Shown here: one piece after another, positions 10,201-21,500 of the stretch
Position numbering within the stretch: position 1 is the stretch's first letter
Layout of the letters: each line of letters opens with the position of its first letter
Source of the DNA: Phoronis australis
Lineage: Eukaryota; Animalia; Phoronida
Direction: 5' to 3'
DNA: 64,000 nucleotides
NCBI GenBank assembly: GCA_002633005.1
Contig: NMRA01000088.1
Location: forward strand, 870,864 to 934,863
The notes under the pieces: generated by a model
Seen by the model: the letters and a program-made list of their open reading frames with translations, nothing else
What the model was told of the DNA's origin: nothing
Databases searched by the model: none
Made by a program: the position numbers and the translations under genes

Positions 10201-12741
10201 GGAGAAAGAATTGTCTCTACAGATGTTCTTATTAAAATTTTTGACAAGTAAAATTTCACTGGTCCTCCTTGTTTTATATCAAATAGATCAAGAATTACCG
10301 TAAGACTGTTTTATTGCAATCATGTCAATTTTGTGTTCACATGATTTATTGCTAGAAGTATATCACATTTTAGATTCATTCTCTGTATAGTTGTATTTTC
10401 ATACAGATCTGAGTTGATGTTGATCGTGTTTTCAATTATAAGTAATAGTTGTCTTGTCTTTCAGACCGGTCTGTCTTCTCCTACATGAAGTACCTCTGCC
10501 CAGCTTTTGGTTTTTACTCACTTCAACATTTAGGTAAACAGAAAAAAATGCAGTTTTCTTTCTAATGTGAACGATACTTCCCAGGATGTTGTCTGTCAAG
10601 AAGATATTACTTAATATTCCGTGGAAATTTTGGAATTCTTCATTAAATTTTGTGACTGCCAGGCTCTTGGGCTCAAAGGCTATTAGCTGCAAAAGCGTAT
10701 CTGGGATTTCCTTTTAAAAAAGAAAATCCCAGATATGCTTTGGGATCTACTATTAAATAGACAGAATCGGCAAGTTTTCTGTGAAAATTTCCACATTTTT
10801 GGAAGTTAAGGGATAACAAAAAATCCCAATTTTTTAGGAAAAACACGTGACTGCAGTACACGCCAACATTAATCATACAAAATGACCCACAATTCCCCTT
10901 GTGACGGTTGAGTGAAAGCGGAATTCACCATCAAAATAGTTTGAATGACAGTAGTGACTGGTCGTTGCCTGTCAATGGGGAAACAGAATTTTTTTCTGAT
11001 TACCTTTGGCTTGTACTGCACAAACATTAGGGCGCTATTTTATTCCTTCGCAGAATTCCAGTCAAGTACTACCATGAGATATGGACACGTGCAGCAGAGA
11101 TCATTCAAAAGATCTTGTCTCAGAAGGGAACGCACATCATTTTCTACACGGAAATGTTTTTATAATATGCCCAATTAAAGAGATTGCACTCATTTTAGTA
11201 TAATTCTGTGGTTCCGAGTATCACATTTAGTATAATTCTGTGGTTCTGAGTATCACATTTAATACCCGAATTGCATTCCAAGGAACTGCAAAAGTCAGAA
11301 TTCCATATTTGGGTCCATACAGTTCCATTGTGCTGAAAAGCAGTATTTAAGTGAATATTTGAAGAAATTTGATCCTAAGTATCAAAGGTGTAAGCAGTTC
11401 TAATCATTGTTTTATTGGCTGCTTAGACTCCATGTGTATCGTAGTTTTGTTGGTAGTATCTTTTTGGTTTGTGCTATAAATACTAGGTCCATCTAATTTG
11501 TGAATAGTAATTAGTTATTGCAAACATTTCATTGCAGTATGTTTCCTCTGCTTATCAAAGATGGCCAAGTGACGTCCTACTTTGGCACCATGACTCTATT
11601 CTACTTTCTATACATGATAGTCTTCGGTAAACAGTCGAAGTCAGTGTGGAATCTGTTAGCTGTGTCCTGTAATGGTTACCTCACTGTCTTGGTAAGTGTG
11701 TCATGTGGTAACATTTTGGTTTTGAGGCTACTTTTATCAATCATTGGTGGTGTATCCAATCGGTGAAATACGTAGTATTTTTCCACTGTGTTATCGGTTA
11801 TGATGTTATATGAGTTAAAACAAAATGGTAACGCTGTTATGTAACGTGTGTCCGTGTGAAGTAACTGGTTATTCATTTTTTGCATTCTGTTATTTTGGCA
11901 AAAAAGACAATTTCAGACTAGAATTGGATAATTATGATTTCAAGACTGGATTCTTGTTGCTTTTAGTTTTGCTTAGTAATGCAGTTCTTTTGGGTTGTTT
12001 GTCATTGTATTTTTGTGGGGTAGCTTTTAAACAGAATTGACAACTTTTAGTGAAAATTCTTGCTTCATCAGAGGTATAATCAGGAGACCATACGAAAATA
12101 ATACTATCAATAGAAAACTTTTGTTTGCCAAGAAGGGATTTTTTAAACGTGATTGTATCCGGTCGACAGTACACGGCAAATGTAGTTGTACACATAACGC
12201 TGACGTTTGATTGTGTGACAGAACTTACTGTCAGAGTATCTGAAATAAGAAGACAGTCTTGATCAAGTTCATTACCTTATGGGGGATTATGGTCAAGGTA
12301 AAGACTGGATGTGCTTTGTGTACTGTACTTGTACCGAAATAAATATTTTGGTTTGCCCTTCGCTTTCATACTGTAAACACAAGAGTGCAATCGTATCCAT
12401 TTTCATTTCAGTTCTGGTGCTCCATCACGGGCAGTGCTGTGTTGGTTTGTCTCAGCCTGATGGTCAAGCCCCCCTCTCGTTACCCAGACCTCTGGCCTGT
12501 GTTGATCTCTCTCTACTCTTGTGGACATTTTGTTTTGTTCTTGGTCTATTTCCACGTTTTGCAATTCTCGACGGAAGCGGACGTGCTCCCGGCACAGAAG
12601 AGTCCAAGAGCCGTCAGGACTTCACAAAAATCTGGCTCCAGCAAAGAAAGGGAATACATGCAAGTGACCGAGGAAGAATTCTTTAAATCCACAACGAGGA
12701 AACGTTATACACGATCTAAACAGGGAAAGAAAACACAGTAG
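1190..12741 (+). CDS. ALG6: ALG6 alpha-1,3-glucosyltransferase, complete spliced gene, 13 coding exons, 538 aa
   Basis: join(1190..1271,1566..1740,3233..3321,4115..4206,4461..4525,5057..5239,6200..6335,7106..7191,8614..8698,9797..9867,10465..10533,11538..11691,12412..12741) = 1617 nt with all phases consistent. ALG6 motifs: [81 protein letters not shown]; C-terminal KKTQ (KKxx ER retrieval). Confidence 0.97.
1566..1740 (+). CDS. ALG6: ALG6 coding exon 2
   Basis: tcag acceptor, [17 protein letters not shown]...[11 protein letters not shown], donor gtagga. Confidence 0.95.
2204..2316. repeat. minisatellite 28 bp x4
   Basis: TGAATCCTCCCATTGAACAAACAGTGAC tandem. Confidence 0.92.
3233..3321 (+). 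CDS. ALG6: ALG6 coding exon 3
   Basis: ttttgcag acceptor, [29 protein letters not shown], donor gttggt. Confidence 0.93.
4115..4206 (+). CDS. ALG6: ALG6 coding exon 4
   Basis: ccttccag acceptor, [31 protein letters not shown], donor gtaagt. Confidence 0.9.
4461..4525 (+). CDS. ALG6: ALG6 coding exon 5
   Basis: ccttcag acceptor, [21 protein letters not shown](Q), followed by U12 donor GTATCCTTT. Confidence 0.93.
4526..5056 (+). other. U12-type (minor spliceosome) intron with GT-AT termini
   Basis: 5'ss GTATCCTTT at 4526; branch site TTCCTTAAC at 5038-5046; the HFQ|YNN frame is restored only if the intron ends at AT 5055-5056. Confidence 0.88.
5057..5239 (+). CDS. ALG6: ALG6 coding exon 6
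   Basis: [12 protein letters not shown]...[19 protein letters not shown], donor gtaaag. Confidence 0.92.
6200..6335 (+). CDS. ALG6: ALG6 coding exon 7
   Basis: ttttcag acceptor, LFRFIKIG...[15 protein letters not shown], donor gtaagt. Confidence 0.95.
6808..6917. repeat. minisatellite 36 bp x3
   Basis: CATGGACTGAATGGACTTCATTGATTGGCTCAATGT tandem. Confidence 0.92.
7106..7191 (+). CDS. ALG6: ALG6 coding exon 8
   Basis: ttctag acceptor, [17 protein letters not shown]..., donor gtgagt. Confidence 0.94.
7438..8252. mobile_element. non-autonomous PIF/Harbinger-like DNA transposon (MITE) in ALG6 intron 8
   Basis: About 40-bp imperfect TIRs GGGCTGTTCCAGCAAAATCTGTATGGGAGGGGGGG / CCCCCCCTCCCACACGGATTTTACTGGAACAGCCC with TAA on both sides (7435-7437, 8253-8255); no transposase ORF. 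Confidence 0.8.
8614..8698 (+). CDS. ALG6: ALG6 coding exon 9
   Basis: tttcag acceptor, [28 protein letters not shown], donor gtgagt. Confidence 0.92.
9683..9756. repeat. minisatellite 21 bp x3.5
   Basis: CACTACATTCCTCATGTTCTG tandem. Confidence 0.92.
9797..9867 (+). CDS. ALG6: ALG6 coding exon 10
   Basis: tttcag acceptor, [23 protein letters not shown], donor gtacgt. Confidence 0.94.
10465..10533 (+). CDS. ALG6: ALG6 coding exon 11
   Basis: ctttcag acceptor, [22 protein letters not shown](S), donor gtaaac. Confidence 0.93.
10611..10808. repeat. fold-back palindrome in ALG6 intron 11
   Basis: Core AAAGCGTATCTGGGATTT-CCTTTTAAAAAAGA-AAATCCCAGATATGCTTT (10692-10741); outer arms GTGGAAATTTT / AAAATTTCCAC. 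Confidence 0.65.
11194..11261. repeat. tandem duplication 32 bp x2
   Basis: TTTAGTATAATTCTGTGGTTC(C/T)GAGTATCACA. Confidence 0.88.
11538..11691 (+). CDS. ALG6: ALG6 coding exon 12
   Basis: ttgcag acceptor, [10 protein letters not shown]..., donor gtaagt. Confidence 0.9.
12412..12741 (+). CDS. ALG6: ALG6 last coding exon
   Basis: tttcag acceptor, FWCSITG...[21 protein letters not shown]...KKTQ, stop TAG. Confidence 0.94.
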   Translation, partial: FWCSITGSAVLVCLSLMVKPPSRYPDLWPVLISLYSCGHFVLFLVYFHVLQFSTEADVLPAQKSPRAVRTSQKSGSSKEREYMQVTEEEFFKSTTRKRYTRSKQGKKTQ

Positions 12742-13867
12742 TTTGCATTGAATATCATCCTCTCCTTTTATGTTGGGAGTAATAGTGCGCAAAATGTTCG
12801 AAATCTCGGAAGTGTCAACGCCAAAGTTTTAGCTAAAAAAAGCCGTTGTTATTTTGTCGACTTTTTTAACTTGTAATTTTATTATTGAGACGCAAGGTTC
12901 AAATGAAAGTAATTTTGTCGATGTGATAGGTACCCAAATCAAACTCATGAGCCTTGAGACATCATAGCTTTCAAACTCGTCGTGGTTCTTTCTTCAATGT
13001 TTACTGGAACTCCATTGTAGACATAGGAACAAAATACTTTAATTTGTACTGTACATAGCTTTTTCCACAAACGTTTATTTGTTCGTTTTGGTCACCCGAC
13101 AACAGCAGTTAAAAAGGAGAGGCCAAAATGACCACTCTTCTTAATAAGTACTCCTGCTCGATCTTTCCTCATATTTGTTTGAAAAAACTTTCGAAAGATG
13201 ACGAGCCAGTATCGTCGTCATGTTTTGACATCTCGTAATGCGAGCCCATTTGAATTGATTTTACCAGCATTGCCGTCTATGCATCGTTCCGTTCTCACAC
13301 GCGAGAAATCTTCACAAGGGTTAAAGGCGAAGGCAACCTTTTTTCATGTCATTTTGAGCTAAAATAAGGTTGGTTGGTTATCCTAGACATATTTTCCACT
13401 TTATTACAGCTTTCGTAATTTTGTTAATTACTCGTCCGCTACTCCGGAAGTGACGTTTTAGGAGGCAAGCATTGGCTAGAGGTGCTGGATTAATACTTAA
13501 CTACACTCTCGTCCTTAGGGTTTGTCCGAAAGTATTTTAAATGGTAATTTTCCAAAACCCCAGTTCTTTTTAGAGCTACGAACTGTTTTGAGCCTAAAAC
13601 TGAAACCCAGTTGGTCAAATGTAAAAGCATTTTGTGTACAATTCCCACAATCTGTTAACCTTCTAGTAGATTTGAACAAGTTGCTTTTGCAGGCTTTTGA
13701 GACACTACTGCTCTGGTATTGACAAATCCAATGGTAATCAAGTTGACATTTTGGTGAAGATCAGGTGTTGTGTAGTGTGGTAGTAAGAGCTTTTTGAAAG
13801 CAATATTTTTGTATTAAGTATTTATCACTTGTGGTGAAGGAATGATGGTGTTAATGATTCAATGTTG

Positions 13868-13873
13868 TTTATT
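13868..13873 (-). terminator. candidate MPDZ polyadenylation signal AATAAA (minus strand)
   Basis: tttatt on +, about 1.4 kb after the MPDZ stop. Confidence 0.55.
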
Positions 13874-13877
13874 AACA

Positions 13878-13883
13878 AATAAA
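13878..13883 (+). terminator. candidate ALG6 polyadenylation signal AATAAA
   Basis: Canonical AATAAA about 1.1 kb after the stop, where + strand T-richness ends. Confidence 0.55.
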
Positions 13884-15269
13884 AGTTTGTTGACAACTGA
13901 ACAATGAATACATGACTGTATACAATTCTATGTTTAATTAGAATCATTCCCTAAATGACCGCGCCAAAAGCAAATTAAATTTTTAAATAAGTCTGGTTTC
14001 TGTTCTAAGTGTACTGTCTGCGCCTAAGTGCTGTAATTTCTCTCATTTCATCACAGAGAAAATACAGCCACACCATGTGACACATGCTTTCTATGCCATA
14101 CACACGGGCTTGCATAGTTGTTAGAAATCTTAACACATTCACGATAAACCTGCAATATCCGAGTCATTCTAAGACTTGTGCCAACCTGTGAACCAAGTAC
14201 CAGTGCCAAGTGCAAACGGAATAATTATAACACTGGTTAATGATATGTACGACCTAAATAATCACTGTCATAACTCGACGCAACCAACCAATTTTGAATT
14301 AGCTAACCATTACAACCGTACTCTTAGGTACAAAAGTACAAAATCAATAAATCATTAAATGTACATACTGTAGGCTTGCACCTTCTCCACGCAAAAACTA
14401 TAAAAAAGAAATGAGTAAACAAATGGTATTAAAAGACCAGTGCTTCCGCATAGATTCAATGAATTGCTAATCCGTCTTGTGCCATTCACGGGTATTGTTT
14501 ACCAAGTGTTGATTCTGGAACTTACCCAACACAGAGTAGTCATGCCTCGGAACGCGACGACGTCTACACAATTCATCTGATCACCTTCAATATCACTCAT
14601 TTACTTCACATACCATAGTTTTTATCTACAGAATACAACTGGATAATTCAAACACACACCCAACAATGTCCACCTATCTGCAATACCTCTATTAGGGAAA
14701 GCTGTCATACTCAGACAAATACGCATAAAATTCATGCACCACCATACTGCAAGCTTGTGCAGATGCCAACGAAAAAAATGAACGTGTATTGGTGATGCAG
14801 GAACCAGTCAGCCTATAAAAATCACACTTGTGTCTTTCGCAAAATCTACACTGAACAAACGTAAAAAATTTACAATAACTGCACAATCCTCAATCTGACC
14901 CCTAGAATACTAAAGAGGGAATAATCTCCCCTTGATAGTGAAAAGTAGAAGACAATATTCACCAGGAATTACATGAGAAGAAACGGTCTTCAATTATCTG
15001 AAAAAGAAAATGAGAACTGAAGGCTGTACACCTGCATGAGACATTTGCCGACTAAGGCTCCAATGTTCATGTACTTTACTGTGATTGGATGTTGCACAGA
15101 TGACACCTGATTAAATGCTAGCTCGATGATAGAGCGCAATGTTATATGTGCAATGGCTTATGGGATATCATGTTATAAAGTAGAACTACGCTCTGCAGAC
15201 ACAAGACATTGTGAAGTACTAGCAGAATCTTCGAATATGAAATGGTGAATTTTATGCCACATCCAACCC

Positions 15270-15540
15270 TTAGGACAGCACCGTCAATGTGATGGTGCCC
15301 TTGGCTCTTTTGAGCACGTTCACGGCCTCCTCGTGAGTCACCCCCTCTAGACTCTCCTCGTTCACTATCAGGATCTGGTCGCCTCGTTTTAGCCGCCCGT
15401 CCTCGGCGGCCGCGCCCCTCGCGAACACCGTCTTCACATAGATGGGCAGGTCACCATGTGGACTGCCGTGACCTCCCACAATAGAGAAACCGAGCCCCTC
15501 AGGACCCCGGTTTAGCGTGATCACCTTAGGCTGTGGAATG
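15270..15540 (-). CDS. MPDZ: MPDZ last coding exon, PDZ13
   Basis: [38 protein letters not shown]...ITLTVLS-stop. Confidence 0.96.
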
Positions 15541-18500
15541 CTGCAATGAAAAATCACAGTGAATAAGATTAGGGACAAAAAGACGGCTAAGTTCCTAGTA
15601 CTTGAATGTTTTTGGAACTAAGCAAATGTTTAGGCATTTCATACAGGACACTGGATATTTAAGAAGTTGTAGAACGAATCCTCGATGACCAGACAGAAAG
15701 TGGTTCACAATGGCGGGATATAATGTGCCCGAATTTTTAATAACCAGTTTTCTCCACTGAATAACCAGCATCAAACTGGTTCTCAAAATATAGGCACGTT
15801 ATATATGACTATTGGCGTTCACAAGAGCGGGGATGTTCAAAGGATAAGAGTAGTGCGTGACTATCTAAAATTGCCAGCATGTATTATCATAGCAGCACTA
15901 CAGCATTTACAGCACCACCATCTCTGCACTGCTTTAAGTCAATTTAAAGAAACCCCTCCTCCCTGCACCCATGCCCTCTGTTGAGAGCAGAGTATAGCGT
16001 TGTTAATTGATGCAGTTATGCGACAGGTTCGTTACATAACGACAATGTGTAATTCATTCTCAACGACACATCATTTTTTGATTTGCTTGTATTTAACAAA
16101 AGAAATGAACCGAAGGCATAGACTTGCTACTCGTTATTCATGATAAATATGCTCCCCTGCTACACTACTAGCGTCAACTCATCTACAGAGACAAAGAGAA
16201 GACCTTTTCTCAGAAACACTTGACACTGAAAATGCTCCCTTAGGGACTCATCACACAAAGATATTTCTGAGAGAAATCGAACCTGTCTTAATAGCTTGGG
16301 AACAGGTGGAACAAGTCTGGCCAAAACATGTCTCGGGCACATCCACTTTTTTACGACAGATTGCACAACGCTAAGTTGGTTCCAACTAAGTTAATGACCC
16401 ATTTTAGAGATCGTGTGGGCAATTACCTTGGGTGGACGGGGCCCTTAATTTCTTAATATATTGACCCAATGTCTCGCTCATGGCGACAGTAAAGACGACA
16501 AATCGTCACTCACCTGATCTCCTCGTCCCCTTCCTGTTCAGATGGCTCAGACATCTCGTGACCATTCGGTCTGAATGCGATGTCTTCGCCTGCAACAAGT
16601 GATGACAACAAATTAGAACAGATAATTATTATTTATCCAAGGGGTTACTTCAGTCATTGATCAGTTTCATAGACTACAGGGCAATGCAGGACGCTGAGAA
16701 ACTTTGTTTAAAACTTTATTGGTTTCTCGGTTTTGAATACTACTAGAGGTCAAAAAAATAGTAAAGAATTATTATAGTCTGTTTTTGTCTGTGGTTTTTG
16801 ATAAAATTGATGCAGTATTTGATAGTTGTCCCTATTTTTAAAAAGAAAGTCATCTGATGCGAGGTGAAAACGGGTGGGGCGTCTTCCTTGTTCCCAACGC
16901 CACCTGATGCCAGCAGTGAGACAGAGGTTTTGGTCTAGGACAAGAATCAGTATTAGTATGCTATTTTTGACCCGATATTTAATTCTCTAAGCTTTGCTAT
17001 TCCATTCTTGTTTATTTACTACTTTGTACTACGATCACGTGAAAAACAGCTTATAATGCCAGGATAAATTTAAACTAGTACGGGATACAATCACTTTTGA
17101 TTAATGTTTGAAAAAGCAAACAGTAGTCAGAACGCATTACCTTGTGTGACTTCAAGGGAGACGGGACTGGTGACAGACTTGAGGAAGTTGACTGCCTCGG
17201 AATGTGTCATGCTCTCGGTAGAAGTGCCGTTGATGCTCAGAATAATATCACCAATCTATCAACGAGATATAACAAGACTCATGATGGGCAGGAGTTTCAT
17301 TTTGATTTACACCCTTATCAATTTGTGTCTTAGTCAGTTAAGGCCATAAGCTACATTTCTTAATAAGGACAGAATGTGTTGAATATTTTTAAAATACCTC
17401 ATCAAAACATGCATGAAATTGTGCAACGAAGTTTACAATCACAATTTTGTTTCTTTTCTAAAAAACCGTGACTTTAACAGATACCGCCGTATTTTCCATC
17501 AAAATGGATTTTTCGCACAAAACCTCACAGTCACGTTTCATTGCTTTATCTTATTTCCGTTACAAAAACATGTCTAGGATTTACTGTTAAGGCTTTTACA
17601 CCAAGAATTTCTCATTAAAAAATGAAAATGTCAACATCAATAAACAGACGTCTTGATTTGTGACTGCTAAAAGCTCTTAAAAGTTCAAGGTGGCTCGAAG
17701 CCAAATTCTGCAACTTACTCCAAGCTTATAGGTGGCACCACCGGTCACGTTGGCGACCATAATAGGCCGGTCACCGAGGGGACTGCCAATGCCGCCCGCG
17801 ATACTGATGCCCAGCGAGCCGCCCTCATCACGCTCCAATTCGACGGTGCGCCCCAGGGCAGGGGCAGGCTGGGTTGTGCTGTCTTCACTGCTGGCTGAAA
17901 AAAAAAAACGATATTCTGAAAAACTTGAACTAGGATTATTGGTACTGTAAACGACACACAGAATAATTTCAGCTTTGTTTTTTTAAGAATCGTGTTAAAA
18001 GCTTATAAACATTTGTTTGTTATTTTTAAACTACACATAAGAAATGGAATAAGGTAGAACATGAAATATTGAGATGTCAGAGAGCATTCAAGATCCTCAG
18101 TTTATTGCCAAACCACATCTAGTTGCTATGGAATTGTGGTACTTGAAAAAGTAAGCACAAAGAACGTTTAAACTACGAGCTTGGCTATCACAGGCTGTGC
18201 TCCAAACACAACCGTTACACGAGTCAGACTGGCAAATCCCTTAAAGAAGTTGACACTTCATTGCGCGAGACTAAATCATGCGTGTTAGCTGTCTCTCAGA
18301 TGATGTGGTTAAGACCAGATCCAAGCTTTTAGTCAGAGGGATGCAGAGTAGTGATGGAATTGCAACCAATCATGTAAGTCGTAATGGAAACAAGCTATGA
18401 GGGGCCTACACCACGAGCATCGTCAGAATACCACAATTTCAGGGTAACACCAGTCTTCTTCCCATACTAGCCACACAGGCAGTATAACTAACAGCATTCT

Positions 18501-21500
18501 TTTTCATGAATAAAATTCTTTTCTCACGAGGTGTATTACTGCACTCACAAACCACAGATGTATGCAGATGCAGTATAGATAGTTTTGATACATTCAACCA
18601 AGCAAGAGCGTACTTGTGCCTTGCGTTATTGAGTGAAGAGAATTGTGGTTTATGAGAAAAGAAACAGGGTTGGTGAGAAAAGAATTAATCTATTCGGGAC
18701 AAAGGACCGACGTTCATGAGAATGCCCATGCAGTAGGTGAGGGAAGAACACTGACTGACCTATAGAAGGAAATTCCTAGCTTCTATCATCATTCAGGAGC
18801 CAGGCAAATTCGACAACACATTACATTATTTTTTAACTGGCAGTTATCATTTTTAATTCCTAAATATATATATCTGGGAATTAAGTCCCCATATTAGTCT
18901 CGAACCCAGACTCACAGCATTTGAGTCTGGTATAGAAGTCTCACATCTGGTTTTTGATTAGTCAATCAGCGATGAGGTCAACTGGTTTATTTCAACCAGT
19001 TGAAAATGCATGCTTTTACAATCTTTAACTGGCATAACTTGAGAGCCATAATCCAGATGATAAACGCCGGGATACAAGTCCCCATGACCTCTGCTCACAT
19101 ATCATTCAAGCTCTACATTAATTTTATATAGTATAATTGTGTACTCATCTAATTAAGCCTCCAAAAAGAAACATCATGAAATTAAAATCAATCTGCAGCA
19201 ATTGAGTAAATATTCTCCTCGGAAAATTGCAGAAAATAAGACAAATAAGATGCAATTCAAAACATTGAAATCAGCATACAAATCAGATCATAGATTATAA
19301 TTAATTAACGATCCCTTTTCGAATCGAAAAGCTGTACCGTTAGGTTGTCGGTGTACAGTAGTTTTGTCCATCCCAAAAGGGGTCTTTATTTAATACTATC
19401 ATCATCATTTAAATTGAAATTCAGGAAAACACTTCGTCTCAGATCGAAGATAGTAGAGTACTGATCTGACCAAATGATCTTGTTTTCGAGATCCACACTG
19501 TACTCAAATGCTAACAGAGTCTGGGTTCGAGACTAGACCCAATACATCATCTAACAACTCCATCTAGCTATTAATCACAGAACCAACTTCCAGCCACAAA
19601 GCTCTTTGCACACAAAACGACGAGTTGGCCAATAAACTGACAGTTCTTCCCAATAAAATCAGTTTATTTTTTAAGTAGTCAAAATATTTTTTTCAATTAA
19701 GAAAAATGCATGACAGCGGCTTAAACAACGCTTACCAACAAGTTAACTACTTCAAATTTCGGCAAAAATTCTTCAATTTGGGATGAAAAGAATTGCTTAA
19801 AATGCCATATTTCTATTTTTCATAGGCTTACCACATTGTTGCAAATGCTTAAAATGGTGTTTGGTAATAGCTCCACCTTACAAACCATGTTCAAAGCAAA
19901 GTAAATTTTCCTGAAAAGTTAATTTTATTGAGAAATTTGATAAGATGAAATTTCACCTATCTGCCAAACTGCGTCCCAAGCTGAAAGATTTTTACCATCA
20001 AAGGATGTCTGGTATGAAGTCAAAATCATTTTTTCCGTGGAAAACTAGAATGAAATTTGAGTGTCCTCCCACACATCAGAATCTTGCAGTGGACATCTTT
20101 TCGAATGCACAGACCAATGTACTATCTGAATATTGTTTGAAGGGAAGCAGGGAAAGATCCTGGGTTCATTCAGATCGGAGGTCTGTGTCCACCACCGGCG
20201 ACTAGCTCGACTACAAAACACGATGCTGGAAGTCACATGGCACTAAAGCCCCCTCTGTTGAGTGGATCTACACCTTATAAGCATGCCAATCCATGTGCAA
20301 CTTGCTTTGTGGATTCTATGCTAGTGGACCTAAATAAGTGAAGAATACACATGATGCGCTGCACTGAGGTGACACCTAGTGATTTTAATACGAACTAAAG
20401 ATAAGTATCAAATTGTGCTTTTCGCTTCCATTCAAAATTCATGCTAGATAACCCCTAGATTTGCATTAAACATGAGATTTCGAGTCAGATTCGAAATATC
20501 TTTAATGTTGAGGTAATCAAGTGTGAAGTAGGACTATCCTTGCGTACCAAATGTACTTGAGCACAAAATAACAGACATTTGTCTTAAGCTTGTACTTTTG
20601 AGTGGAGCAGAAATTGTCAAAACTAATTTAATACCTCTGGCCCAAGCTATTTTTGGGAATCAGCTGTTCGAAAGATGAAAAGTATCAGATCTTCACAACT
20701 CAAACCTTTTCCTAAGCAATAGAGATCCAGTTTCGTTTTATGCTATAAAGCAATTGCAGAACATTTTGGCACAGAATCGATCAACTCCCATTTTTCAACC
20801 CTACCAAATGGTTTGAGGACATGAACACATGCCTAGTTACACTCTTTATGGTTGTGTAATTTATTGCTATAGTAACGAGTCCAGAGCAGTGCAGTTTTGT
20901 TGCAGACGCATTTTATACTTCCAACACTATCTGCGGTGACACGTGACATTAGCCCGACAAAGCAAGTTGCGACACAGCGATGACCCGTCAAGGAGACGCG
21001 TGTGTATGATATGCACCAATACCAAACCTTACGCTCTAATCAAGTAGGTCCGTCTCTCCGTCTACACGAGAATACACAAGTCAGTGCTGAATTTGATTTT
21101 AGTTAATAGAAAGCGGTTAGAAAAAAAATGGTTGTCGCGTGAGTTAATAAACAGGGATTTAATTCACAAAAAGGAGAAATGTTTTGAAGCACACTAAGCT
21201 TTGGTTGGCTTTCAGCATATGTTAAGAAAATTAAGACATAAATACAACGAACCTGCTTTGTAAAAGCACAACAGTTTCCAAAGCACATTTTTATGCCACA
21301 GAAAGAATGCAGACAGCTAACAGTTTTGTTTGTTTTAAAGGTAACAAATTACTCACATTTAAAATAAATAATTAATTCTTGACCATAACCTCGTTTTTGA
21401 CTACAGTATAATTACTAAAACTAGCATCCCAAACTAGCAAGCAATACATATCAGACAAAAAAACGATGTCTTTGAAATCCCAGCAATTTAAAACAAAAAT

